DNA of 54,767 nt from Reclinomonas americana ATCC 50394. Taxonomy: Eukaryota. The stretch covers positions 26,823 through 81,589 of the forward strand of contig PS015055.1 of assembly GCA_048213135.1 (NCBI GenBank), read 5' to 3'. Both the position numbers and the translations under genes were made by a program. This document shows, piece after piece, positions 29,101 through 41,978 of the stretch; within the stretch, counting starts at the first letter, position 1, and every line of letters begins with the position of its first letter. The notes under the pieces were generated by a model. The model was given only the letters and a program-made list of their open reading frames with translations, ran no database searches and was not told the DNA's origin.

Positions 29101-32100
29101 TCGTCCGTCCACCACGCGAGGAATGTACGATCCAAACAGATCATCAACGGTGGTGTTCGCGGAGCAGTTGACGCGTACCACCTTGTTGCCAGTCAGAGAA
29201 CCCGCCTGGTGTACAATCATGGTCTTGCCGACGCCAGGTGGACCTTCAAGCATCAGTGGGTAGCCAACCGCAATGGAAGCCACGACGCGACCAAGGTTGC
29301 AGGTGACCGTAGGCGTGAGCTTCATCGCTCGCGGTTGATCAAAGTGGGACTCAAGTTCGTCAACAGTGCAAACCTGACGGGAGGGTGCCAGTGGAACAGC
29401 CAAGCGCAGGTACTCAAGCTGCAACTCAACTCCGTGAGTAGCAGACATGCGTGCCGTAAGTGGCTTCACCATGACCTCCTTCGACGGCATCACCTCGTCA
29501 ATCCAGAGTGGATCGGCATCAGCAGAATGCGTCACCAGGTTGCGCCACAGTGCCAGTTGTTTCGGCACTCCAGGAACTCGGTCAACAAACGTAAACTTGG
29601 CCGCGATCAGGAATGCTCGACGAACTGCACCGGGAGCTGCTCCGTCAGCAAGGTGCAGACCAAGTTGGAGCCAGCGCAACCAGTCTCGAATTGTACGCTC
29701 GACGCCAGGTACCTCGGCAAGTACACTGTCAACAACGTGCATGGTATCACGGACAAGGCTCCACTCAATGTGTGCCCTTCCAGCGAGGAAAATCTCAAAG
29801 TACCACAGTAAGACCTCCTCGCGCTCATCCGTTCGATAGCCAGGAACCCAAACCTCGGTAAACCGTGACCGTAACGCAGGGCTGAGAGCGATCTTGTCCG
29901 TCTCAGTGTCGAGGTGCACAGTGGCGAATATCATGAATCGCGGTAAGAGCTCAATTGTAGCTGACTCGCGTGGACACGTAATATCCTCCATCAAGCTGAA
30001 GCTTCGGCTGGTCTCCAGTAAACTGTTCAGACGCTCACTCACAGATTGGGGCGGCAGATCGATGTCCTCTAGCAGCACCGGACGAGAGTCCACTGCTGCA
30101 GTAGTGACCGGCCCATCCTTGAACACGAACACTGGTTGATGAAGATCACAGACAGCCAGATCACCCAGCAGGTGCTTGCACTTTGCCAACAGTCGCCGTA
30201 AGCTGTTGTCAGCAGGCAACATCTCCAAACATTCGTCCAAGTTGGCAACGAAATCGTCAATAAGATGCAGCACTTGTCGCTCTGAATCGCTCGGCGGGCC
30301 AAGCAACCCCTCCTTGTACCGACTGCCTCCAAAACACCGCTGCAGCGCCATGTCGCGATAGAGAGCAGAGGCCTTCTGCTGAAGTTGCGCTTCGACTTGC
30401 GTGCGCAAGTCGCTGAAGCGGGTGCTGCCGCTAATCGTGTCAATGCCGTCAACACTGTCGTCTCCGGAGTTTGCCAGCGACGAAGATGGACGAGGAGCTC
30501 CTCGTGACAGTGGCATCTGGAAGGCAGCATCGTGCTCGGCACCAACCGCATCGGCGGCTGCGAAGCCGGCCAATTCGGCGCCACCGCGCACGTCACCAAA
30601 CTCGTCATCCTCCGCGACAGCAAAGGTGAAACCAAACGCAGATCCGTCCCCACCGTCGTCAGCAAAATCGAAATCTCCAAAGGCAGAATCCGGCAGCACG
30701 TCATCGTCCGCAGCCCAGCCACTGAGACCACTGTGCACATTGAGCACAGGCACCGAATCATCCGCTACGGCCGTCGACAAGAAGGGCGCTGCGGCCGGTC
30801 GAAAATCGTCGTCCGAATCAGGACTTGTGGCACGACGTCGTTGATGCAGGAGTCCATCGTACTCATCATCGCTCTCTCCGTCAACGATACCAGTTACGTT
30901 CTGGCCGCGAACAGAACCGGCTGCATCATGTCGAGGTTGGCTGTGATCACTGTTCACTTGCGATCGTCGAACATCGAAATCGGCCAGAGGGTCACTACCG
31001 GCGGAATCGGCAGCAGCTGATGAAGCGACGGCAGCGAAGAGGTCCATCGCTCGTGCTGCACCCTGAGCAGCGTGCATCATGTCCTCGTCTGATGGCAACA
31101 GCAGGCTGTGGGCGAGTCGGTCCAAGACGGAATCGTCGGCAAACAGAGAGTCATGCTGACGCTGTCGAGAAGTGCCTTCGCCAGCAGCCGCGTCTGACAC
31201 GTGCGCGCTGTCCACATCGTCGCCGGCGACGAATGAACCATTGATATCCTCGACGCCATCAATCTCGGCCTCAGTCATTTCATCGCGACGTGACAAGAAA
31301 ACCTCCAACGCTTCTACAATCTGCTGCAGCAATTCGCAGCACCCGTGAATACGATCCTGCAGCGCACGGCGTTGCTGGCTCTCGATGACATTAAGGCCAA
31401 CCAAGCTTGCCGACTTGCGAACGTACTCGGCACGATCCAAAAACTGCCGCCACTGGTTCAGCAGTTGTCGTACAGCAGAAGCGTAAACCACTGGGAAAAT
31501 GTGGCCCACGAGATCCCCAACTTCGGCATCTCGAGTGCAATAGACCGTAAGCAAGTCGCTGTCTCCGTCATCATTGCCTTGCTTACCAGCCGGCGTTGTA
31601 ATGGTGGCGTACGTGCTTGCAGCCAGACTCTTCAGCCCCGTGGGGCCAACCAAGAGAACTGGTTCACCGGCCTGTGCCGCAAGGCTAACGAGGAACAGTG
31701 CTCGGCGGAAACTGGCCGGTGGTTGGCGATCGCCACGGAACAGTATGCTGCGGTCGAGCCTGCCCGGCAAAGCCAGGAGCTTGTTGTCAGCCAACCAGAA
31801 CTCAATCAAGTCGTCGGCTTGCTGAATGCGGACAGAGCAGTCGGGAGCGGCAAACAATTCCTCCGACGCGACACGGATTGGACTGGTACCGGCAGCTGCT
31901 GCAGCACGCTCAAATAGTTGCCGGAGTTGAATTATACGACCGTCACCGGCAAAGTCGCGTCCAACCACTGCAGCCGCTTTGGCCACCGGCCACCGAATGC
32001 TCGAACCCAAAGCCAATGCAGGGCCACACCACCAGTCATGTACGTTGACCGAAGCGTGGAGGGCATGACGAGTGACCCATTTCTCCAAGTCACGCATGGT

Positions 32101-35100
32101 GAGCTCGTCAGCATCGGCTCCAAACACACCAGCCTGCTGGTCTACGTTGCGACCGGCAATCACGAGACGGAATGCATCGGCAACTTGCAGCGACCTGAGT
32201 GGCACGGCGAATCGCTTCTGCGCGATGTACTGCATCTCAGCGTCGGTAAACTTGTGTACTTGGCATTCCAGGAATCTACGCAAATACTCGTCACATTGAG
32301 CACAAGACGAAAAGAAGCAAAGTAACTCAGAAAAGGATGAGAAAAAAGAACAAACCGACTTCTCAAAGCCGGTGGTATCTTGTGCCGACCAGCGAAGCGA
32401 GGATCGTCAGCATCATTCTGGGTGGCAAACAGCCGAAATCCGGGTACAGCTCGAATTGTTCGGTCGGTACCGGGAACGGTGATGCTCCGACGGCCCTCCA
32501 ACAGCGGCGTCAGCATGTTGAGGACTGGTATACTGGCCAAGTTGAACTCATCAGCCACAAACCAGCAGCCACGCTCCATGGCCATTGTCAGTGGGCCAGG
32601 AAGGAAACGAAACGCTGGACTGTGACCTCGGTGGCTGTTTGCCTCAACAGCCTCCGCCGAGTCACTCTCTGGATCTGCGGCGCTGCCAGGCACATACGTT
32701 CCGAGATAATCTTGCACCGTCGTGCCGTCACTGTTGTTCACACGGAAGAGCTGCTGCCGCGACCCATCAGGACGGGTAGAATAACTGGACAAAAATGAGA
32801 TGCAAGCTGTTTTGCCAGTTGCGGGCGGACCCTCCAGTAACACTGGGTATTGTAGTAGTGCACAAAGCGCAACACTGTTGACAAACTTGAAGCGTTCCGA
32901 CAGATGCTCTCGATCCACAACGTAATGATCGTGACTGCTGTCGCGTCCACTCGCAGACACCAGTTGCTGCACAAAGTCAGCCATCGGTGCATCGATGGCA
33001 CTGGCCCACGCCTGCGGCCAGTTGCCCATTGCACTTGAAAACGCCATCTCGACCTGAGTACGTTTATCTGACTTGCACAACACAATGACGGCGGCCTTTG
33101 CTGCTTGTTGCAAGGCAAGCAACCACGTCATGTCTCGCTGCAGGTGCAACTGATACGCACAGTCAACGAGTCGTACAAAGCCACGCAGACCGAGGTGTCG
33201 ACTGTCGGGAATGATACGACGTGCTTCGGCAAACGCGCCAATGAGGCGACCGACAGTTCCGGAGTCACAGGACAATGGCGACGGTGACGATCCCGGAGCC
33301 ACACCAAGGCAGCTGCATCCAATACGATACACTTCGTCGTCCAATTGCCCTGCTCCGAGATTCACGTCGTCGAGTTGGATAATCGTAAACCGATTATACA
33401 GTGCCGGCGACAAATGCTGGTCTGACTGTGCGATTGCAGAAGCGGGGGGGTCTCAGTCAAGTGTCTCAAAGATTGAGGAGAGCACAGCGCGCAAACTTAC
33501 CGAGGGCGGAGTCGTCATAGTCGCAAAGAACCGAAAGCCACGATGAATCGTGCGCGCGGATTTCTCGTTGTTCTCCGTCACATGCCACACTGATGGCAGC
33601 TCAAGAAGCGGATTCAAGCGTTCCAATACAACGCTTGGCGCATCATTGAGGTTGTCCAGCAGAATCTGCACGTGCAATACAAAACGAGAGAGCATGTGTG
33701 AGAGAACGAGGTGAAATGTTGCGCTGCAAGCTATACGCACCCAGCCTCCCTTGCTGACAGCTGTACTGACAACGCCGTCGATCCATTGTACTGACTTGCG
33801 AACGGGAATGACTTGCCCCACGAGATCGCTCGGTTCGCTGTCTTCTGTCATGCACAGTTGCAGGCAGCTGGCGTTGCAGAGGTTGGCCAACATACGGATC
33901 AGCTCGCTCTTGCCAACTGAATCGTCGCCGATCACGAGCACGGGCTGGCCCAGAGACACCGCTCGTGCGAGAAGATACCACGCGCGGATGATGCGAGGCG
34001 AGATAATGTACGGCCGTAACGTCGATGCCGCCGCGGAATGTGAAGCACGCATTGCCTCGGCAACCAGCTGTGCGCTCACAGTGCCCATGCTTTGCAGCCG
34101 TGACAGCAATTCGCCGCGAGCTGGTTCCCGTACAGCGACTACAAACTCCAGCATGTAATGGCGCAATGCCAACTGCTCCTCGCCCCTGGCACTGGCGATA
34201 ATTCCGTGCACATCGACATCCGAGATAGTGTACAGCCCCCACGAACGCACGAACTCTGGCGACTGAACGATCCCAAGCACCTGCTGGTGTAGACGCCATA
34301 CAGCCGCCGCAGCGCCAATGGCGACCTCGGCAGACAGAGAGTTAGGTGCAAACGCACGGCGACTGAGCCGAACTTGTGTCCCGTCACCGGAGCCCAGCAC
34401 TACTGCATCCTCCGCAAGATGAATCGCTTGCAGGGCGTCAGCAGCCGTTGGTGCAACCAACACCGCAGGCATGGAACCACGAAAATGTTCTTCGACAAGC
34501 CGCTGCACCGCAGCCTGCGCCGAGCGACGATCAGCACTGGGAGCAGCGTTGCGGAAGCGCGAACCGTAAACCGCCCAGGCCTCTGCAGCGAGGCACGAGT
34601 CCACAAGCTCCAATTTTGAAGACAGGAGCCGAGGATTCATCGCCTGGGAAAACCCGTCGACGAGGCGCAACAAATCCCGCACGGTGACCTCAGCATAGTT
34701 TACGCCGCGCTCTGCAAAGTCGGCATGCACCACAAGCTCCTCAATGGCCATGTGGAAGTCGACGACACGACGGGTAATGCCATTGACAGTGTCAATCGGC
34801 AGCACAACCTCGCGCCAGGACGGGGCTCGACGGAATCGATCACTGACAATCTCCAGCCACTCGTCGCGCGGTAAACGGAGAAACATCTCAGTCTGGAACC
34901 GAGACAAAAACGTCGGCGGCAGCTCAGTGCGCTTGTTCTTGTACGCTCCAGTCGCTGGATTCTGCGTGGCAAATAAACGGAAGTTTGCGTGTCGAAGCAC
35001 AGCCCGATCCGCAGCACCGCTACCAGCTCTCGACATCGCCGATGGTTCGACGTCATCGACAGAGCCGGTGGAGGCATATGTACCGTCAGTGAGGAGCAGG

Positions 35101-37912
35101 CGGCCCGTGTCGAGCGCACACTCTAGAGCGCCGAGCACCTCGCTGCTGGCCAGATTCATTTCGTCAAGCAGCAGCCAGTGGCCATGTCGGAAGGCAAACG
35201 TGAATGGCCCATCTTGGTACTCGAAGCGCTGAGTACCGTCATCATCAGTTGTCAAGGCCACTCGTCCAAACAAGTCCGAAATGGTGACCTTGCCCGACAG
35301 GTTGAAGCGCACAAGCGTCTTGTTGGACACTACGGCGGCAGCGGTTACAAGAGCCGACTTGCCGACACCAGTCTCTCCCTGCAACAGCACCGGCTGGTTG
35401 GTGTCGGCGGCTGCGAGAAGCTTCATAATGTTGACCGTAGTGGTGGCCGTCGGCACGATGCGGCAGGCACCACTAGCCAGAGCCTCATGGAGGCGGCGGC
35501 CAGCGGCGTCTGCCTCAGATTGCGGTTGCAGACTCCGCACAACACTCGAGTCGTCAGCGATCCGGCCACCGATGAGCACTGCAACGCGTTGAAAGTCCGC
35601 AGCCACGTCAACCGCGGCAGCAGACGCCGAATCACTCGCCAACACGCCGTCACGTGACAACCCGTCAGTTGAGGCGCGTAAGTGTTCAGCAAGCGCGTCA
35701 AACACGTGATGCTGGACCGAGGCGGTGGGGTGTTCCATCGTCGCATTAGCTGCAACACCGCCCGCGCCGTCAGCCGCGACAGGCCTGTGGCGTACACTGC
35801 CTCCAACACTGCCCGATTCGACAAGAGTTGCAAGAGATACACCAAACAGCATCTCCACCAGTGAGCAACAAGTCTGACGAACCACGGCATCAGTAGACTG
35901 CAAGCGCTTGATGAGCGACGGCGCCACGGGTTGCACAATACGCCGAATAATCGTAGACATGCCACTTGGGGCGATCAGCGTCCGCAAATTGTGGCCACAC
36001 ATGGTCACAAGTGAGGAATGCAACGGCTTCAATTCATCATTGCTTGCATCTCGGTCAGGAATGTCTTCCAGCAACCAGCGAACCGTATTCAACACAAGCT
36101 GCGAACTGTGAGACGAATCGCACGACGCGTCGACGCGACTGAGTGCAGTAAACACCTGGACAAACAAGTCCGAGTCTGCAAGTAGCGGCCCGCTAAACTC
36201 GGCACACACGGCTAGAATCTCCGGTGACGTGGCCAGTTCCTCAGCACGACGTGGAAAATCAGAAGCTCCAACAGGCGAAACAAAGTGATTGCGGACAAGC
36301 GACAACAGCAATGCTGACAAGAACGTCATCGTCGTGAACGCCGGGATCTTGCCGTTGAGAATACCGTCAAACAGACTGGCAACTGCTGCGCTCGAACCGG
36401 AAGACTCCGAGTCACGACAAGACACCAGTGCAGCTTGGGCGAGCTCAGCAACGTCGCCGACAAGCGGTCGTAGCGACGACGGATTGTCGGTGTACAGTGC
36501 CCGTAAAGCCTGCAGTGACAAGTGGACAGCAGGAGCATCGGCCCAGTCGGCCGGACTGCGACTTGTTTGCATTGCCTCAAGAGCCAGTGACATGGCCATT
36601 TGACACGGCTGTGCAGTTGAAGAAGCGGTGTTTGCAGCCAGCAAAACACTCTCATGCCAGCGCTCCGCGGCTACCGGTATACCAGCCACGCGATGCAGCA
36701 CGTCCCGCAAGTGCCATACGGGGCGGCCGGCAAGCAGGCGCTGGCGCAGCGCTTGAAGAAATCGAGTGACCCAGCACGGATGCGACGGACCAGCAGAGCG
36801 GACAGCTTGCTGCGACAAACGGCCCACAATTCGCACCAACTGCAGGCACTGGCTGTCACCGTCTTCCATGAGCAGGCTATCATCATCAAGAAGCCGCAAC
36901 GTCACTTCTGGGGTGAGAGCGTGCTCAAAAAACGATCGCAGCTTGTACTCCTCAAAACGACCCAGCAGACGATCCGCGACTTGAAGCAACGTAAGTCGAC
37001 TGGCGATTGAGACACACGATGGAGGAGAAGCGTAGAACACTACAGAACCCAGCAGAGAGCAGACCACCGGCGGATCCGAGTGTTCGGCGAGCTGCTCGAA
37101 GTCATCAAGCAGTGACAGAAATACTGCAGACCGACGCTCAACGGCAACCTCAGGAGGCGGGAAGACACGGTTCACAAGTGATGCCCAGTCAAAGCGGGAA
37201 ACAAAGGCCGTTGCTCGTCGAGACGACAGTAGTAATAGCAGTACTCGCAGCACGAAACGGAGAGGGCCGTCAACGTCACCGGCAACAGGGCGTGCACACG
37301 CGACAATCGCTTCCTCGAGACGCAGAATGGCCCCGTCAGCACCAGCATCTGCGGCAGCCAAGACGTCGGCAGCGACGCCGACCACGTTCACAGTAGCTCC
37401 CTCGTCAGCGTTGGCACAGTCAGTCACGAACCCGCGCAGTTGGTGGAACAATTCGATGTACTGGGTGTGGGGACGCGTGGGTAAAGCGCCCTCCAGCCCG
37501 CGATCCTGAAACCAACGCACTTTTGAGTGAGCACGATGCAACAACACACAAGATACTGCAATCACGCCACTTACATCGATGAGTCCGTCGCTCCACGTGA
37601 TACGGTCGCCATTTCTGGAGGCCACAGGAGGATTCAGCACGAGTCGAGCGCAGTACGACATCAACTCCACGTGGCGTGCCAGGCAGGAACGGAGGCGCTG
37701 ACTGAAATCAGCAGCGCCTTGGACGCCAACAAAAAGATCCAGGCACAGCATCGCCTGTTCCAAGTCCGTCACCGTGGTCGCCTTGCAAATCATGCTGGCC
37801 AGCACCGACGGCAGCATCGCCACGGACTCGGCTGACACGGAAGCTCGCTTCACTTCGAGGCACTCAGTGAGACGCTCGCAGAGTGGAGTGCCGTCCGCGA
37901 GCAGTTGACCGC
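1329..37912 (-). CDS. MDN1-like: Giant midasin/Rea1-like AAA+ ATPase (6 AAA modules, long linker, 3 VWA domains), at least 11,960 aa in this span
   Basis: Ten exons, all GT-AG and phase-compatible: 37912-33741, 33665-33501, 33425-32356, 32275-4149, 4081-3982, 3898-2956, 2880-2695, 2609-2106, 2017-1670, 1601-1329 (35,888 nt). There are six MoxR/dynein-related AAA modules with midasin-style motifs (e.g. PLMLEGPPGVGKT...WLLLDELNLA...FATMNP; WVLLDNVNCAPPEVIERLNSLLE). A midasin-type pre-MIDAS segment is present (DFTGSSLHMPSLI...RRNYRIAIVLDKSSSM). Confidence 0.93.
2360..3150 (-). other. VWA/MIDAS domain 2, midasin C-terminal type
   Basis: RRRPDFTGSSLHMPSLIRAV...YRIAIVLDKSSSM...FNLFVFG...QTCDADAV...FMFVFTDG, which resembles the conserved midasin G.RLNM..VI...YQI..AIDDSSSM segment. 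Confidence 0.88.
3650..4385 (-). other. VWA/MIDAS domain 1 of the giant protein
   Basis: YEFVFMVDSSWSM (DxSxS)...FAVVRFG...RGTHP (T)...VMMITDG (D), assembled across the introns 4082-4148 and 3899-3981. Confidence 0.88.
16020..17795 (-). other. About five tandem Ig-like (ASH/PapD/Hydin-like) domains within the linker
   Basis: A repeating ~110-aa beta-rich unit has an (L/I)DFG/NLG start and a conserved Asn strand: IKVENAS, ELDFG...VKVANTTDVPV, LVLRNTGIIPF, VTLMNRGSMPT, INLGD...VMLCNRGNALL. Each unit later shows a G.L.P-type turn. Confidence 0.75.
26800..35460 (-). other. Six-module AAA+ ring (D1-D6) of the giant protein
   Basis: Walker A/B pairs: D1 GETGVGKS/LLLDE (~35370/35165), D2 GDDSVGKS/ILLDN (~33920/33655), D3 GPPATGKT/FVADE (~32820/32550), D4 GPTGLKS/VLLED (~31635/30070), D5 GPPGVGKT/LLLDE (~29235/29035), D6 GDTCSLKT/VLLDN (~28055/27405). 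Each is followed by an F.AT/FSAN sensor-1 strand, and most by an (S/T)xRD/RS-like sensor-2. Confidence 0.92.
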
Positions 37913-38722
37913 CTGCGTGAATGACGGAGAAAGGATTAGAGGAAGGGGAGGAGAAAGAACAGAGAGAGAGTGAGAGAGAGGGGGGGAGGGCGTGAGGAGG
38001 AAAGACATATAATCCTTGTGCAAGTGCTTCTGCAAGTGATACCTAACATGTGATTGAGCGATAGTTAGAAGAACATGAAATGCAGCAAAGAAAAATGTCA
38101 CCACGAACGTCAAAATAAAAGGATTTGTTCGACGACGATTGCAGAAAGGGGAGGAAAAGAAAGGGAATCAGGTAAAAAGCGGAGAAGAGGGGGAGGCAAA
38201 GACAACAACTGACCAAGATGAATGTGCTACCACATCGGGAGTTAGAGACTTTCGCGTGATAGAAAGAAAGAGACACACAGAGTGGCGACAACAGGAAGAG
38301 AGATAAGGGGGAGAAGAGGAGGAAGGAAGAGAGGTAGAGAAACAGACAGGCAGGCAGAAGAGAGACAGTGAAATAAGAATCAAGGCGATATATGATATGC
38401 TGACACACACGCACGCGCGCACACATACAAAGAGAGAGAGATAGCGAGATAGAAAAGATAACTGGAAAAAATGAACATAAATGCAACGCACATAAGAGAT
38501 ATTACTGAGAGGAATGCCGACAATCGCAGCAAGTGGTACGGGAAAGAGAGAGATAGTTCAAGAGAGGAAGGGGGGGAAAGAGAGGGGAGACTGTATGTGT
38601 GTGACAGAAAGAGAAGAGAGACAGAGACAGAGACAGAGCCAGAGAGAGAGAGAGATGTGAGACAGAGACACGGAGAGAGAGAGAGATGCGAAAGAGATAG
38701 AGAGAGAGAGAGAGAACATAAC

Positions 38723-39771
<1,049 letters not shown>

Positions 39772-40940
39772 TTCGTTTCACCGACCAAAGCACGAAGGTG
39801 TGTGCGTTCAGAGTCTGCGCAGTCGGGGGCGGAGAGAGAGAAAGAGAGTGAGTGAGAGTGAGAGGGGGGCAAAGTGAGCAGAAAACGCGACATGGCGGAT
39901 GCTGTCAGAGACAGAACACTCACTGCACCAGCGGTGCACGGAGGCAGCATGGGAACGAAGAGAGCGCGACATATGAAGAGAATCGAAGTGCAGGACCGTA
40001 TACTCACCGGCGCTGCGATCAATGTATTGGGAATATGGGTATTGCGGCGCAAGCAGGCAGTTGTGCGGTACACAGTCACGCACTGCTTGGCAGACGGTAG
40101 AATCAGATTCACGCCCACAGTGTGCACGGGGTGTGCGCGCAGTTGGAGGTGAAATCGATTCCGGCTGGCTTGCATTTCATGTCCCGTCATCCACTTCATG
40201 GAACGCGGCAACAAGACACTGTGCATGATATCGAACCAGGGTCGAGGCGCCAGCTGCCAACTCGTTTGCGAATGTTGACATGCGAGATGGATGTGTCATT
40301 GTGTCGTGAAGCACTTGTTCTGCAGGCGCGCAGCGTCGGCCTTGGAGGAGCAATGGTCGTGATTCGATTCGCATCGATCTGCGTTCGGACAAACCATGGC
40401 CGTCTGCAACAAACAGCGGAAAGCAAACTGCTGGAGGAACAGCCTGTGTTGCTCGTGTGATGCGGTCAGCTGGCGCAATTCGCAAATCCGAAACAGCGCA
40501 CATGCACGTGGCAAACAATTGCAAGCCGGCGCGGGATCGCGGCGCTTGTGTTCGAATTCGAATTCCGGCAAAAGCGCGATTTGTCACGGGCACTCCTGTC
40601 GGCGCCGACCAACGCGCGTGTGCATTCCTCGGGGTGGTAACACCGATCGGGGGCTCGAGCTCACTCAAGCTCGAGATGATGCAGTCGTCAGTCTCCAACA
40701 TTTTCTGTACAACAAACATTTGAATTCTAAGTCATGCGCACACGCATGCCGTACTTGTGGGTCTATGTCATATCGTCAGTCGTCAAGCTCGCTCTTGTCG
40801 TAGATGCAGCCGTACGCGTGCATGCGACATAACAACTCAAAATCGGTGTGCCAATGCTCGCGTTCTCCCGCCACAATGACAAACCCCTCATTACTCTTTG
40901 CACCAAGCACTCACACTCACACACACACACACACACTCAC

Positions 40941-41929
40941 ATGGCTGACGAATCGATAACGATTGTTACGTTCTTTTCCTCGCAAACGCACACACTTACA
41001 TNNNNNNNNNNNNNNNNNNNNNNNNNNNNNNNNNNNNNNNNNNNNNNNNNNNNNNNNNNNNNNNNNNNNNNNNNNNNNNNNNNNNNNNNNNNNNNNNNNN
41101 NNNNNNNNNNNNNNNNNNNNNNNNNNNNNNNNNNNNNNNNNNNNNNNNNNNNNNNNNNNNNNNNNNNNNNNNNNNNNNNNNNNNNNNNNNNNNNNNNNNN
41201 NNNNNNNNNNNNNNNNNNNNNNNNNNNNNNNNNNNNNNNNNNNNNNNNNNNNNNNNNNNNNNNNNNNNNNNNNNNNNNNNNNNNNNNNNNNNNNNNNNNN
41301 NNNNNNNNNNNNNNNNNNNNNNNNNNNNNNNNNNNNNNNNNNNNNNNNNNNNNNNNNNNNNNNNNNNNNNNNNNNNNNNNNNNNNNNNNNNNNNNNNNNN
41401 NNNNNNNNNNNNNNNNNNNNNNNNNNNNNNNNNNNNNNNNNNNNNNNNNNNNNNNNNNNNNNNNNNNNNNNNNNNNNNNNNNNNNNNNNNNNNNNNNNNN
41501 NNNNNNNNNNNNNNNNNNNNNNNNNNNNNNNNNNNNNNNNNNNNNNNNNNNNNNNNNNNNNNNNNNNNNNNNNNNNNNNNNNNNNNNNNNNNNNNNNNNN
41601 NNNNNNNNNNNNNNNNNGAGAGAGAGAGAGAGAGAGGAGAGAGACAAGAGAGGGAGACAAAGACACAAAGAGACAGAGACACGGAGAGAGACATAGAGAT
41701 ATGTTTTGGATACGGTTGAACTTGGTCATCAAGACAGCTGTTGCTTGTTTGTTGGTGAATGAATTGTTGTTGTTGCGTGCAAGATAGTAGAGACACATAC
41801 GCACAGGCACACGCGCGCACACACAGGGGCGCACACATGGAGAGAGAAAGAGAATGTGTGCGTATGTGACAGCCGGAGAATACTGTGACTTTGTGCAACT
41901 TGGTTTTCGCTTTTGTCAACATTGGTCCC

Positions 41930-41978
<49 letters not shown>

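Noticed and set aside
4190-37835. Many plus-strand and alternate-frame ORFs overlapping the giant gene (e.g. 20929-22116, 395 aa)
   Set aside because: These are shadow ORFs expected opposite a long GC-rich coding sequence, and none shows a recognisable motif.
40177-40719. 180-aa minus-strand ORF upstream of the giant gene
   Set aside because: It could hold 5' exons or UTR, but it has no motif and I could not establish a phase-consistent link to the gene.
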